Shown here one piece after another: positions 26,566-38,524 of a stretch of 64,000 nucleotides of DNA (its first letter is position 1; each line of letters begins with the position of its first letter). The position numbers and the translations under genes were made by a program. The stretch is from a virus. The stretch lies in IMG/VR virus record IMGVR_UViG_3300020183_000065, positions 3,055 to 67,054 of that record. One strand, written 5' to 3'. The notes under the pieces are model-generated. The model saw only the letters and a list, made by a program, of their open reading frames with translations. It did not search any database and was not told the DNA's origin.

Positions 26566-29500
26566 ATGCCAAGTTCACTATCATTTGTCTCAACAGAATC
26601 TTTTAGGAATAACCTATTAGTTAAAAATTTACCACCATATTCCGTTACTGGAGTTTTTGGTCCGGTAACAAATGTTGTACAACAGACAAATTTAAATGTT
26701 TTTAGTGTTGTTGATTCACCAAACAATTTAGTATCAACAAATCAATTTGCTAATTCTGTTTATCCATTAAATGAATATGGTCCAGATGGTGGATTTGATA
26801 ACCCGATAAATGTTAACAACTTACTACCCGTGGACCCAAATCAAGGTCCATACGACTTAAACGATTCAAACCTGGAATTGGTTAATGAGTTTTTTATTGA
26901 TTCAGCTTATGTTAAAAACATATTTGGCCCAGAAGACGGATATAAAGATTTATATATTGTAACGGATAATTATAACATCAACCAATACTTCTTACCGTAC
27001 GCTGATATGTTTGTTAATTCAGCTTACAGTACGTTTTCAATGATATTTCAAGATAATCCAGTTGGATCCAATGGGTTATTATCACAAGATAGTTTTATTG
27101 TTAAAATAGGATCGACTCAATTGAAAGGAGCTTTCCAAGAAAGGATTGCTGCTGAGATATCACAAGCTACCGTTGGTAGATTTAATCTAGACACATTACA
27201 AGATCCATTTACCGCGGCTATGGTAGCTACCGGTAAACAACCATTTTTCGATAAAAACTGGAAAATAACAGTACCAGAATCACCAGTATTAGCTGCCGTA
27301 TCACTAGCCAATAGATTAACAGGGACTTATTTCCCTGTTTCTTTTATCCCAGGTGACTATTTTAATGACCCAGACCCTATACAATCCCCCCAAGTTGAAT
27401 CAGCACTTAATGTTGTAAATAAATTAACAGGTGGATTTTTAGGACCGGTTTTAAACAAATATAGAAATCCGTCAGAAACATTTGTCCAAAATACCGGTAA
27501 CGGTCAACGGTCAGTATTATTTAAAAGTTTAGATTATAACAGATATAAACCAGCTTATAATAGAGGTTTAGTTCAAGGACTAACAACAGCTATTGGTCGA
27601 TTATTTGATGAAGACAGACAAAACACTGGTGGTTATTATGTGGGTAGTCAAGACGCTGAACCTTCACAAATAACATCACCAGCTAATCAGGTACCCATAG
27701 ATAGATTTGGTAAACAAACCCAATCAATAGTATATGGTCCATCTGAACTTGGTATTTTATATGAAGGTAATGAAAGTAAATTAAACTTCGGGTTAAAAGG
27801 TAAATCGTACTCTAACGATGGCGGTATTACGGGACAACTAATTTGGACATCACCAAAGTATAAAGGTGACGCTGGATTTAAAGTAGGTAAGAACGGAAAG
27901 AAAGGTAATCTTGATGAAGGTTTTGAAAGTTTAACAACCCAATATAACCAATACCAATCAACTGAAGTTGGTGAATTTAAACCAGGGTCCATTTTAGATA
28001 ATACACAAAGATTAATTGATTCCGCTGATAACGTTTCTGGTATAGCTAGATTAAAACACGTAGGTAACGCGATTAATCAGGTATCAAAAGTATTTAATGA
28101 TGGTTATAAGGAATTGACAAAGGGTTCACAAGTACTTTCATATACAAATGATACAACTGGTGTTGAGGAGGGTATTGAATACTGTAGAGTATTTACCAAA
28201 GATACACCATATTTTACGTATGACGACTTACAAAAGACTGAAGGTATAACAACATCAAACAGGAGATTTAGTTACTCTGTATTGGATAATACGTATAATT
28301 TAAATATAGCTCCGTTAAAAAATCCAGGATCCACAAATATTATTGATAATAAAGTTAAAAAGTACATGTTCTCAATAGAGAATTTAGCTTGGAGAACTTC
28401 AGACAAACCTGGATATACTGTTAGTGAATTACCAGTTTGTGAACAAGGACCAAATGGGGGTAGAATTATGTGGTTCCCACCATATGATTTACAATTCTCC
28501 GATGATAGTAAACCAGATTTCAATCAGACAAACTTCCTTGGAAGACCTGAACCGATATACACCTATAAGAATACAAGTCGTAGTGGAACTATTAGTTGGA
28601 AAATAGTTGTTGACCACCCATCAATAATGAACACAATTATAACCAAACAACTAAAAAACATACCCAAAGAAAGAGTAGACTCAATAATGGATTCATTTTT
28701 CGCTGGTTGTGTTAAGTACGATTTATATGAATTAGCTTCAAAATTCAATCAAATACCTGTTAGTGATTTGTACACATATCAGGAGATATTAAAAAATCCA
28801 AGATTAACTGATGAAGAATTACAGTCGGTAGCAGTTGAGATAAGACCTGATCCGGTTATAAATATATTAATTAAAGCCAACGCGGAGGGTTCAGCTGGTA
28901 CTGATCAAAATGGTGTTGGTGGTAACGGCAAAATTGTTGAAGAACAAACCGTTGATAAGGATGTTAGTAGTGATTTTAATGAAATAATAGACTTAGGATT
29001 CTATTTTGATAATAACTGTCCAACCTGTAAAAACGACACAGGTACTGATGGTAAAGAACCATATAACAATTGGTATGATTTATATATTGGTAAAAAAGAA
29101 ATATATAAAAATAATGCTCCGTATGTTGTAAAAACTGATAAAACATACTCAGGATCTTCAGTTTCCGACTTTTTTACTAAAGTAGTTGAAGCTAATTATA
29201 AAAAAATACAAGATACTTTAATCCCAAAAATAATAAAGGTGGTTTCCGAACAAAAGGGAACTTTTGAATTAAAATTAAGTGCTTCAGCTTCGTCACCAAA
29301 TACTGAAGAATATAATGTTAACATCGCTAAAAGGAGAGATGACTCAGTTAAAAGGTGGTTTAGATCTCAAAAAATCGGTGAAAAAACATTTTCCGAATGG
29401 GAAAAAGATGGTAAAATTAAATTTTTAGAGTCAAACATCTTAGGTGAAACAACCGTGATTCCAAAAGCTATTGACGCTACATTGACACCAGACCCCAACA

Positions 29501-31584
29501 ACCCAGAATTAAATGACGTTATACCACCACAACAGGATGTTAACTGTAATACAAATATTGTCAGTTATGATTCTAACGGTGTTAAAATGACATCACAGTC
29601 AGCCGGTAAAAAATATTCAATACCAGCTATGGCTTGTCGTAGAGTTGTAATTTCAGAAATAAAAGCAGTTATTAAAGAGGTAGTCAAACCAGTTGAAACC
29701 GTACAAACAACAAACCCAACACCTGAAATTACCGTCGATGTCCCACAAACAAATACCCAACCAATTAAACCACTACCCTCAAGAACAATACAACAAAAAA
29801 TTAAAGATGGGATATCGAAAAAAGTAGTTAGAACTTTATTTTCCGAATGTGACTATTTTGAGGTACTAAAGAAAGAAAACCCTATGGTTTTTGATAGTAT
29901 TAGAGATAAGATAAAATATTTTAATCCAACGTTCCACTCTACAACTCCAGAAGGATTAAACGCTAGACTTACATTTTTAAATCAATGTGTTAGACCGGGT
30001 CAATCAATACCAGTTATCGGAACTGACGGTAGACCAAAAACAAATGACGCTCTTAATACCTCATTTGGAACACCACCAGTTTTAGTACTTAGGATTGGAG
30101 ATTTTTATCATACTAAAATAATACCCACAAGTTTAGGTATTACTTATGACCCTTTAATTTATGATATGAATCCAGAAGGTATTGGGGTTCAACCAATGAT
30201 AGCTAAAATAAGTTTAGGTTTTAATTTTATTGGTGGTCACGGGTTAAAAGAACCAGTTGACCAATTACAAAACGCACTATCTTTTAATTATTACGCTAAC
30301 ACTGAAGTTTACGACGAAAGATCGACAGCTACTGATATTGAAAGTCAAACAACTCTAGATAATTTAGTTGTTAATAGAATTTTAGAGTTACAAAAAAATC
30401 TAACTACTAAGGATGTTGTCAACCAAGAACCAAAAAAAGGTGGTGAAACCATTGGTAAAATAATTGACGGTGTGTCAGCTGGGACAATATCCTACGATGT
30501 GATTTTAACAAAATTAAATGAACAGTTGGTTGATTATTTTAAAATAGTACCAAACTCACTAAACACATTGTTAAAGACAACAAATTATGGTATTGTACAA
30601 TTAACCAATAATAAACGAAATTATATTGATGGTGAAATATCTGAGTTCACAACAGGAATTTTATCACCAAGACCAACTAAAATATACGGAAAACCAGACT
30701 CGTTTGAAAATTTTGTAGACAGCCTAATTGAAAAGGTTGTTAAGGACGTTAAAAACAACGATGACCCAATTACCGGAGGTATGAAATCAATCCCCTCATT
30801 TGACAAAAAGGTATTACGTGAGGTTACCGATAAGTTAATTTCTAAAGTGAATTCTAAAAAAGAATACTTAAAAGAAGTGATCACCACAAACTCAAATCAA
30901 ATAGTTAAAATTGAGGAAGAATTAATTTATTCATTAAGAAAAATGGATGTTGTCATGAACAAACTTGACGGTGTATTAACACAAAACAACGAACCACAAT
31001 GTTATGATTTAAGCGGTGGTACATATTTTGAACAGGGTGGTAAATTAGATCTATCATACAGATTGGGTGTCTCAAACATATTAAAAAACTTTTATGAATT
31101 TTTAGAAGCTTTCATTTTAAAGCCAAGTAAATTTGACCCTAAAACATCCACCTCATCATATTATAAGGATAGATTTAGTACTGAAGTGGCTAATAGATTT
31201 TATTTATCAATGTCTGATTACTTTTTAGATGATAGTAAGTATAATTTATTTGTTACTGATTTAACAAATGGTAATGAAGTTAAAACTAAAAATATGTCGA
31301 ATAAGATTAAAGAAATATGTGATTTTATAAAAAATATATATACAAATATACATAATAATGAAATTAGTGAAACTGACACATTATTGTTTAATACAGAGTC
31401 ATACCAAAAATATTTAAATTATAGTATAGAAAACACAACAAATATTGTTGGTAACACAGTTAATTATACAACACCACCAACAAATAATGTAAATTCCAAA
31501 AACAAAATAATAAAGGATTTATATTCAAACGTAAATTTAAATGAGAATAAAAAAACATTTAATGGTAAAGTTAAATTAAACTAA
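26566..31584 (+). CDS. Large baseplate protein: tube-initiator-like domain with an inserted OmpA-like domain
   Basis: WFPPYDLQFSD...FLGRPEPIYTY...RSGTISW and PPVLVLRIGDFY...AKISLGFNFIG flank FYFD...SASASSP...YNVNIAKRRDDSV...CRRV. Confidence 0.55.
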   Translation: MPSSLSFVSTESFRNNLLVKNLPPYSVTGVFGPVTNVVQQTNLNVFSVVDSPNNLVSTNQFANSVYPLNEYGPDGGFDNPINVNNLLPVDPNQGPYDLNDSNLELVNEFFIDSAYVKNIFGPEDGYKDLYIVTDNYNINQYFLPYADMFVNSAYSTFSMIFQDNPVGSNGLLSQDSFIVKIGSTQLKGAFQERIAAEISQATVGRFNLDTLQDPFTAAMVATGKQPFFDKNWKITVPESPVLAAVSLANRLTGTYFPVSFIPGDYFNDPDPIQSPQVESALNVVNKLTGGFLGPVLNKYRNPSETFVQNTGNGQRSVLFKSLDYNRYKPAYNRGLVQGLTTAIGRLFDEDRQNTGGYYVGSQDAEPSQITSPANQVPIDRFGKQTQSIVYGPSELGILYEGNESKLNFGLKGKSYSNDGGITGQLIWTSPKYKGDAGFKVGKNGKKGNLDEGFESLTTQYNQYQSTEVGEFKPGSILDNTQRLIDSADNVSGIARLKHVGNAINQVSKVFNDGYKELTKGSQVLSYTNDTTGVEEGIEYCRVFTKDTPYFTYDDLQKTEGITTSNRRFSYSVLDNTYNLNIAPLKNPGSTNIIDNKVKKYMFSIENLAWRTSDKPGYTVSELPVCEQGPNGGRIMWFPPYDLQFSDDSKPDFNQTNFLGRPEPIYTYKNTSRSGTISWKIVVDHPSIMNTIITKQLKNIPKERVDSIMDSFFAGCVKYDLYELASKFNQIPVSDLYTYQEILKNPRLTDEELQSVAVEIRPDPVINILIKANAEGSAGTDQNGVGGNGKIVEEQTVDKDVSSDFNEIIDLGFYFDNNCPTCKNDTGTDGKEPYNNWYDLYIGKKEIYKNNAPYVVKTDKTYSGSSVSDFFTKVVEANYKKIQDTLIPKIIKVVSEQKGTFELKLSASASSPNTEEYNVNIAKRRDDSVKRWFRSQKIGEKTFSEWEKDGKIKFLESNILGETTVIPKAIDATLTPDPNNPELNDVIPPQQDVNCNTNIVSYDSNGVKMTSQSAGKKYSIPAMACRRVVISEIKAVIKEVVKPVETVQTTNPTPEITVDVPQTNTQPIKPLPSRTIQQKIKDGISKKVVRTLFSECDYFEVLKKENPMVFDSIRDKIKYFNPTFHSTTPEGLNARLTFLNQCVRPGQSIPVIGTDGRPKTNDALNTSFGTPPVLVLRIGDFYHTKIIPTSLGITYDPLIYDMNPEGIGVQPMIAKISLGFNFIGGHGLKEPVDQLQNALSFNYYANTEVYDERSTATDIESQTTLDNLVVNRILELQKNLTTKDVVNQEPKKGGETIGKIIDGVSAGTISYDVILTKLNEQLVDYFKIVPNSLNTLLKTTNYGIVQLTNNKRNYIDGEISEFTTGILSPRPTKIYGKPDSFENFVDSLIEKVVKDVKNNDDPITGGMKSIPSFDKKVLREVTDKLISKVNSKKEYLKEVITTNSNQIVKIEEELIYSLRKMDVVMNKLDGVLTQNNEPQCYDLSGGTYFEQGGKLDLSYRLGVSNILKNFYEFLEAFILKPSKFDPKTSTSSYYKDRFSTEVANRFYLSMSDYFLDDSKYNLFVTDLTNGNEVKTKNMSNKIKEICDFIKNIYTNIHNNEISETDTLLFNTESYQKYLNYSIENTTNIVGNTVNYTTPPTNNVNSKNKIIKDLYSNVNLNENKKTFNGKVKLN

Positions 31585-31585
31585 T

Positions 31586-31909
31586 ATGGGACTACAATAT
31601 TATAACAGATATAATGAATTTTTAATTAACGGAGAACAAACTGTGGTTCCGTATATTGTATTACCATCAAAATCTTCAGATAAAAAACATATTTATGTAG
31701 CTAATCAATCGAGATTAGATAAGATATCCCAACAGTATTACGGAACACCATTCTTTGGGTGGTTAATACAAACAGCTAACCCCCAATTTAGTGGGTTAGA
31801 AAGTAACATTCCTGATGGTACAGTATTGACAATTCCATTTCCATTAGTAAGTTCTTTACAAGACTATAAAACTCAATTAGATAATCATTTCTTTTATTAT
31901 GGTAGGTAA
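31586..31909 (+). CDS. LysM-like baseplate protein (gp53/gpX-like)
   Basis: SRLDKISQQYYGTPFFGWLIQTANP...IPDGTVLTIP. Confidence 0.75.
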   Translation: MGLQYYNRYNEFLINGEQTVVPYIVLPSKSSDKKHIYVANQSRLDKISQQYYGTPFFGWLIQTANPQFSGLESNIPDGTVLTIPFPLVSSLQDYKTQLDNHFFYYGR

Positions 31910-34900
31910 CGGTGAAAATATATTAGTAGAATACGACTACGACAACATAACCGTAATAGACCCAAATAAAGTAATTGATGATTTAGGGAATGTTTCAGAA
32001 AGATTTGTCAAACAAGAAGATTTAGTTTATTACGCCAACCTTGAGTGTAATGTACTACCCAGAACTAAACTAGCTTTGGGTACCGCGGTTAATGATCAAA
32101 TTAGAACCATATCTGTCGGTAAAATTAATTTTTTAAACCCTGGGTTTAAAACCTTTTTAGATAATTCATACACTGATGAGATTACCGGTAAAGGATCACT
32201 AACGGGACAAGGAGTGAATCAACCAAAATTAAACTCAATACAAAATCCAAATAAGGAAGGTGACTATTACATAACACAAGAAACATATAGTAACGGTAAA
32301 CCTGGATCAATTGACAATGGATTACTAGGTATGGTTGATATAAATGTTTCGATCGGTCTAGATTACTTACCTGTAATTGACATTACATTGGAGGACGTTA
32401 AGGGGAGAGCTTTGTTTGAAGGGGGGGATAACTCACCATACGCAGCTTTTTTTCAATTACCATACCCCCAATTTACATTAACACTTAAAGGATACTACGG
32501 TAAAGCGGTTAAGTACCCCATAATGTTACAATCTTTCACCTCAACTTTTCAACCGTCGAGTGGTAATTTTGTCATTAAATTAAAATTTTATGGTTATAAA
32601 TACACATTACTATCGTATATAAATTGGGATTCCTTAATGGCGGTACCACATATGTACAACAGTAACGTTAGTACAGTTAAGTTCACAACTACAGATAATC
32701 AAACTAACGTATCAAGTATAAGTAAGAAAACAGTTAGTAGGGGGTATCAAAAAATAAAAGAAGTCTATTCTGAATATAAATCTAAAGGACTTATTGGTGA
32801 CGACTTCCCAGAGATTACAATCAAACAATTAAAATCCAGATTAGATTTATTTATTACGGATGTTTTAAATAGTTTTTCAAAACAAAACTTCGCTGTATTA
32901 ACCGAAATAGACAACTACTCAAGAATACTGTATGAATACAACCAAAAAGTATTTCAGTTACAATTAGATTCCTGGTTTAATAAATTCATGGACACCACAA
33001 ATTATTTTTTGGTTAAAAACACAGATATTAAGATTTACCAATTTAAAAAAGAATTAAACACTGAAACATTAAGAACTGAAGGTATAACAGTTCTTGAGGG
33101 TTACATTACCGAGTACAATAAAAAACTATCGGAAAATCCGGTACTTGGGAAGAATGGTAGAGTTGAGATAAATGTTAATGAGGTACAAAAAACCGTACCA
33201 GTTGATATCTCACTTCAGACATTTAAATACCCAGTTACGGTCGACGACATCAATTTTGAGGAGAGTTATTTACAAAGGAACCCAACAGTAAAAACTACTT
33301 CCGGTCCAATCTACGATAAATTTGTCACAGATAGTAAGACCGAATTTTTTTCAGCCGGGACAAATCAAACTTTATTTTATTATTTTGAGGGTAAAAATTC
33401 ATTTAGGGATAAAATAACCACAATCGAAAAAACTGTTTTGGAAATTAGAAATCTAATTGAGGATGATATGACCAAAGCTATTACTAGTAAATTAAATGAT
33501 AAGAATAATAAACTAGGTTTCAAACCGTCAATAAGAAATATTTTAGCTGTTTTTTACGCACAGGGTGAAGCTTTTATTAGATTACTTGATGATGTACATA
33601 TAAAAGCTTGGGGGTTAAACGACAATAAATACCGAAAAGAATTGATATTCGGAAATACAACAGTAAAAAGTGTTGACTTCAAAGACACATCACAAAATAA
33701 TACACCAATATATCCTTGGCCCCAAGTAATTAGAGAAACTATTGGTGAGGATAAAGAAGAAAAATTTGAATTAATATATCCAGGTGATCCATCTATATCA
33801 ACAACAGCAAGAGCTTTTTCACCTGAAATTTGGCCGGAAGTTGAATTTGTTGAAGAATGGATAAAGGGTTTTACTACTAGAGATGAATTAATACCAGATC
33901 CCGGACCAGTATCTGATTCTAGTGGACGACCAAATAGATCTAGTTTAAATGGGGTTGAGTTCCCAATATCAAACCAAGTATTTCAGAATAAAGAGGAAGT
34001 TAAATTTTTCTTTGAAATTTATGAAAGATTATTTTTAAATAGTTTTTATAGTAAATTAAGTCGAGTTTCTGGTTATGATTCCGGTGTATATACCGTTGAA
34101 TCTGAATGTGAAAAAGTTAACATCGTAAATAGTCTTGGTGACGACAACCCATTTTTAATTAAAACATTACGAGAATATCAACTAAATCAATCAAATTTTT
34201 TACCATTCCTTAGACATATTTCTAATAGTGGTGAAGGTGAGAGTTGGCAAAAATACATTCGAGGTGAATTTGTAACCCCATATATCCAAAATTTTTCAGA
34301 ATCCCCATACGGCATCTTTAATTCAGATATTATAGGGAATCAAAAATCACAACCAGATGTTAGTTTAATTGATAAAACAGAAACAAATATAACCGAATAT
34401 ATAGAAAACCAAACCACATCAAATAGTTTTGATTTTTCCGACACGTATCCGATTACAAATTTATTTTGGGACAACAACTACCTAGCTAATGGTAAAACAA
34501 TATTATTAAGTGAAAATTCGTATAACACTAAAAATACGTTAAAATATAACCCAACATTAAAAACAATTACTAATTTTTTAAATAACTACGATTTCAATAC
34601 ATGTAGACCAATAACTAATTTTAATTATAAAAATAATACATTTAGTCAAGAAATTGATTTATCAAATCTAACCTCATTCTACAAAAATAGAAAATATGAT
34701 GAACAGTTTATAACTGAGGGTAATTTAAATTATATCAACTATAGTGGTACTGTGAGTAGTAATCAAACTACGTCAATGTTAAACACCCCGTATTTTATAA
34801 ACGCAATACAAAAGGGGGTTTATAATTTCAGATATGAGACACTTAATTTGTATCCATTTAAATCCGCGGCTTTTTTATTTTTAAATAGTTTACCACTATC

Positions 34901-37900
34901 TACCTTAAGAGAAAAATATAAAAATTTTGATGAAACAAATAACACAACAACAGAACTAGATTATTTAATATCAACATTTAAAAAATTTGGTGCGGTACAT
35001 AAATTACCATATGCTTGGATTTTAAAATACGGATCAATTTGGCACAGATATAAAACCTGGAACGAAACTGGTGTCGATATCTTGGATGAGGTGTGGAAAA
35101 ATTTTGACTATAAATCTAGTTATAACCCATATGAACCATCAGCTACCACAAAAACATTTACTGTGAATATTGACAGTTCACCAACTGATATTGTATTACA
35201 AGAAAACATATTAGATTTAACCAAAACAAATACAGTAATAAACACTGGATTTTACCCACAATTAATTGACGACTTTAACACATTTTTTCAAGGAACTAGA
35301 TTATTCTCCGGTACAACACAGGTAATCGGTAAAGGTAGTGTAAGTGGTACAACATTTACTGTTAATGAAATTAATGTAAATGAATTAGTTACCGGATCAA
35401 CAATTGTTCTATCCGGTGTCACAACAGGATTCACAATTGTAAATCAAGTTTCCGGAACAGCGAATGGTGTTGGTAAATATACAATCGACACTAATTTACC
35501 AGTTCAGACACTAAAGTCATTTTATGTTACAAATCTAAGTGTTGACCCATATCAAGACACAAACTTACAAGGTTTGATTGATACTGGTGGGATGATATTA
35601 ACAAATACACAACAAACAAAGATATTTGAAGAAATAGGTTTTGACCCAAACAACCCATTAAGAGCTTTAAAATTTGTACCTTGGAGTGTACTAGCTAAAA
35701 AAAGTGATAGTGAGTATTATGTATTACCTTCATTTGGAACTACGGTTAGTCAGATAAAGGGTGAATTATTTAAATCCGGTAAATTAAAATTTGAAATTAT
35801 AGATAATACATCATTATATAATGGATCTGTAAGATTATTCTGGGGAGCACCAAATTTTGGATTTTTTGACAACAGCAGAGTTGTTAAATCATCACCAGAT
35901 AGTTATTTTAAGTATGTCCTATCCGGTGAGTCAAAACAAGAAAACTTCTCAATAAATGGTGAAATAAGTGGGTATACAAAAATAAGTGAAATATTTACCA
36001 CTTTTGAAAAAGGAATTTTAGATTTGTTTGAGACCGAATTTTTAAACTTTAGTAGAAGTGTTTACGATTATAAACAAACAATACCCCCAACACAAACAAC
36101 AGAAACTGAAACAGAAATCACTAATAAAAATTTCCAACAGTTAATGAGAAAAATGTTTGTGGTAAAAAAACCAACAGGGACTACCGGTGATTTAATTATT
36201 TCAGAAACAATATCAAATCAAAAACTAACATTTGAATCATATTTTAAACAGTTTATGGAATATGATGTTGTTTTAAAAGTTGGAAACCCAACTATGTTTA
36301 ATCGAAGAACTTTTTACACTTTCTCTAATAAATTTTTTGTCGACCCAATTAGTTATTTTGGTTATAATCAAACAACACCAGGATCATTACCAACTAGTGG
36401 TGGTACAATAACATTATCACAATCTAAATCAATATACCCAGAAACTTGGAAAGATTTGGAGTTATATGTTGGATTTTCAGAAATTCCAGAATTACAATAT
36501 AAAGATTCCGGATCATATATTACAGATTTTTTTGTGGATATGAATGTACAGTTTAATTCAAAAAACATAATTGATTTTGCCCCCATAATAAAAATATACG
36601 CAACACAAAAACTTAAAGATCCGTCATTAAATTATACAAAATTTTATGACTTAATGAACACCTATCTTGATACTACTGAAAAATATTTAAACGACTCACT
36701 GGAAGTTTTGATGACATCAGTTAGAAAAGATTTACCAGGAGTCGTGTCAATTTCAATCGACGACCAGAGTAAATATAAAGAATACCAAGGGGAACAAACA
36801 AGATTTGAGTTATGGGAATTATTTAAAACACTAAATGATACCTGGATATCTGGTGGTGACTTTAAAACAAAAACATTATTTGAAGATGTAATGTTAGTCG
36901 ACAGAGCTAGTAGGGATATCGGTGATAAAATATTGGTGGATATTTTTAAAATTAGGTCATTAATCGATAACGATAACGTTAAGGTAAATTTGTTAGATGT
37001 AGTAACAACAATATTAACACAAAATAACTTTATTCACTTCATGTTACCAGCTTACGTTAATTTTTATAATGTACAAGACGTTGTTAAAAACCCGATACCA
37101 AGATCTGAAGGTAGTTTGGAATTTGCTAACTCGTTATTTGGTACATATTTAAATGTTGATTATCGTAAGTCATCACCAAAGTTTTTATGTATGTACGCCT
37201 CAAAACCGAGTGAACACTTGGATATGAAAGAAAATATTGACTACAGGTTTAGAAATGACGCTTTTGATTTAAGAAGAGCTAGTGATAACCCATTAGTTGA
37301 GGACCAAACAAATAAAACTAACTGGGCAACATCAAATAAAGTCGTCGGTTTTAATGTTGATGTCGGACCACAGAACCAACAAATATTTAAAGAATTTAGT
37401 GTTTCACAAGACCCCGGAAAACCAACGAGTGAGTCGATAGCTGCTATCGATGACATGGCAAACCAAAATAGAAATAGAACATCAACAACACAAAGTAACT
37501 CATTATACAACATATATAAAAATAGGAGTTATAGTTGTCAAGTTGAAATGATGGGTAACGCACTAATCCAACCGATGATGTATTTTAATCTGAGGTACGT
37601 ACCTATGTTTAGTGGACCATATATGATAACAAAAGTAATACATAGAATTAGTGAAAATGGTTTTGACACTTCATTTGAGGGTATTAGACAACCATTTTAT
37701 AGTATACCAAAAATTGACAACTTTATTCAGTCATTAACAAAAAACATAGTAACAAAAATAAGGGAAGAAATAAAGGAGAGTTATACTAGATCAAAATTGG
37801 ACCCAAACAATGTGATCTTCCAAAAAGATACAATTCTAGGTAATTTAGGAACTAAAGAGACATTAACAACAAATCAAGATTGTTCAGATAAATTGTTACC

Positions 37901-38483
37901 ACAATATGGTTTATATTACAATTTGACAAATCCAACACAAACCAAAGTAACATTCAAAGACGTTTTCGATAAAATAATAACAAAACTGGAAGCTTTAAAT
38001 TTTAAAGACGACACAACAAACAAGTTATTTTATTTGGAAAACGGAGCTTCATTTATATTCAGTGTCATGTATGTCGACTCTGGGATTTCAACCGGATTTG
38101 AAGCTTACGAGAATAACTTCTCAACGATAAATCTAACGGAGTTTTATGGTGGTGATTTAACAACATATATGACAACTAAATATTTTTGTGTGACCAGAGG
38201 AAATTCACAAACAACAAATATTCCAGTTGCTCAATTTGAAACATTGGATAAGTTTTTAGATTTCTTTGTAGTTAAGTTTAGTGGTAAGATAGTTTCACTA
38301 ACAAAGGAAATAAATTCAACAACAACTCCAGTTTTAGATACATTACTTAAATATTATGTTTTGGAATGGCCAATAAAACAAAATGACGACGTTCTCACTC
38401 TATTAACCGAGGATGATAAAACTAAAATACAATCAAGAATTGGTGAAGGTTTATTGAAATTTCAGGAATTATACAAAAAGTAA
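31899..38483 (+). CDS. Very large baseplate hub-like structural protein (2194 aa)
   Basis: N-terminal GMVDINV..IDITLEDVKG and C-terminal YSCQVEMMGNALIQPMMYF...GPYMITKVIHRI...FDTSFEG are gp27/gpD hub-like. Confidence 0.55.
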   Translation: MVGNGENILVEYDYDNITVIDPNKVIDDLGNVSERFVKQEDLVYYANLECNVLPRTKLALGTAVNDQIRTISVGKINFLNPGFKTFLDNSYTDEITGKGSLTGQGVNQPKLNSIQNPNKEGDYYITQETYSNGKPGSIDNGLLGMVDINVSIGLDYLPVIDITLEDVKGRALFEGGDNSPYAAFFQLPYPQFTLTLKGYYGKAVKYPIMLQSFTSTFQPSSGNFVIKLKFYGYKYTLLSYINWDSLMAVPHMYNSNVSTVKFTTTDNQTNVSSISKKTVSRGYQKIKEVYSEYKSKGLIGDDFPEITIKQLKSRLDLFITDVLNSFSKQNFAVLTEIDNYSRILYEYNQKVFQLQLDSWFNKFMDTTNYFLVKNTDIKIYQFKKELNTETLRTEGITVLEGYITEYNKKLSENPVLGKNGRVEINVNEVQKTVPVDISLQTFKYPVTVDDINFEESYLQRNPTVKTTSGPIYDKFVTDSKTEFFSAGTNQTLFYYFEGKNSFRDKITTIEKTVLEIRNLIEDDMTKAITSKLNDKNNKLGFKPSIRNILAVFYAQGEAFIRLLDDVHIKAWGLNDNKYRKELIFGNTTVKSVDFKDTSQNNTPIYPWPQVIRETIGEDKEEKFELIYPGDPSISTTARAFSPEIWPEVEFVEEWIKGFTTRDELIPDPGPVSDSSGRPNRSSLNGVEFPISNQVFQNKEEVKFFFEIYERLFLNSFYSKLSRVSGYDSGVYTVESECEKVNIVNSLGDDNPFLIKTLREYQLNQSNFLPFLRHISNSGEGESWQKYIRGEFVTPYIQNFSESPYGIFNSDIIGNQKSQPDVSLIDKTETNITEYIENQTTSNSFDFSDTYPITNLFWDNNYLANGKTILLSENSYNTKNTLKYNPTLKTITNFLNNYDFNTCRPITNFNYKNNTFSQEIDLSNLTSFYKNRKYDEQFITEGNLNYINYSGTVSSNQTTSMLNTPYFINAIQKGVYNFRYETLNLYPFKSAAFLFLNSLPLSTLREKYKNFDETNNTTTELDYLISTFKKFGAVHKLPYAWILKYGSIWHRYKTWNETGVDILDEVWKNFDYKSSYNPYEPSATTKTFTVNIDSSPTDIVLQENILDLTKTNTVINTGFYPQLIDDFNTFFQGTRLFSGTTQVIGKGSVSGTTFTVNEINVNELVTGSTIVLSGVTTGFTIVNQVSGTANGVGKYTIDTNLPVQTLKSFYVTNLSVDPYQDTNLQGLIDTGGMILTNTQQTKIFEEIGFDPNNPLRALKFVPWSVLAKKSDSEYYVLPSFGTTVSQIKGELFKSGKLKFEIIDNTSLYNGSVRLFWGAPNFGFFDNSRVVKSSPDSYFKYVLSGESKQENFSINGEISGYTKISEIFTTFEKGILDLFETEFLNFSRSVYDYKQTIPPTQTTETETEITNKNFQQLMRKMFVVKKPTGTTGDLIISETISNQKLTFESYFKQFMEYDVVLKVGNPTMFNRRTFYTFSNKFFVDPISYFGYNQTTPGSLPTSGGTITLSQSKSIYPETWKDLELYVGFSEIPELQYKDSGSYITDFFVDMNVQFNSKNIIDFAPIIKIYATQKLKDPSLNYTKFYDLMNTYLDTTEKYLNDSLEVLMTSVRKDLPGVVSISIDDQSKYKEYQGEQTRFELWELFKTLNDTWISGGDFKTKTLFEDVMLVDRASRDIGDKILVDIFKIRSLIDNDNVKVNLLDVVTTILTQNNFIHFMLPAYVNFYNVQDVVKNPIPRSEGSLEFANSLFGTYLNVDYRKSSPKFLCMYASKPSEHLDMKENIDYRFRNDAFDLRRASDNPLVEDQTNKTNWATSNKVVGFNVDVGPQNQQIFKEFSVSQDPGKPTSESIAAIDDMANQNRNRTSTTQSNSLYNIYKNRSYSCQVEMMGNALIQPMMYFNLRYVPMFSGPYMITKVIHRISENGFDTSFEGIRQPFYSIPKIDNFIQSLTKNIVTKIREEIKESYTRSKLDPNNVIFQKDTILGNLGTKETLTTNQDCSDKLLPQYGLYYNLTNPTQTKVTFKDVFDKIITKLEALNFKDDTTNKLFYLENGASFIFSVMYVDSGISTGFEAYENNFSTINLTEFYGGDLTTYMTTKYFCVTRGNSQTTNIPVAQFETLDKFLDFFVVKFSGKIVSLTKEINSTTTPVLDTLLKYYVLEWPIKQNDDVLTLLTEDDKTKIQSRIGEGLLKFQELYKK

Positions 38484-38524
38484 TTTTATGGTAGATTGAT
38501 ATATTTATATATAAAAACAATACT

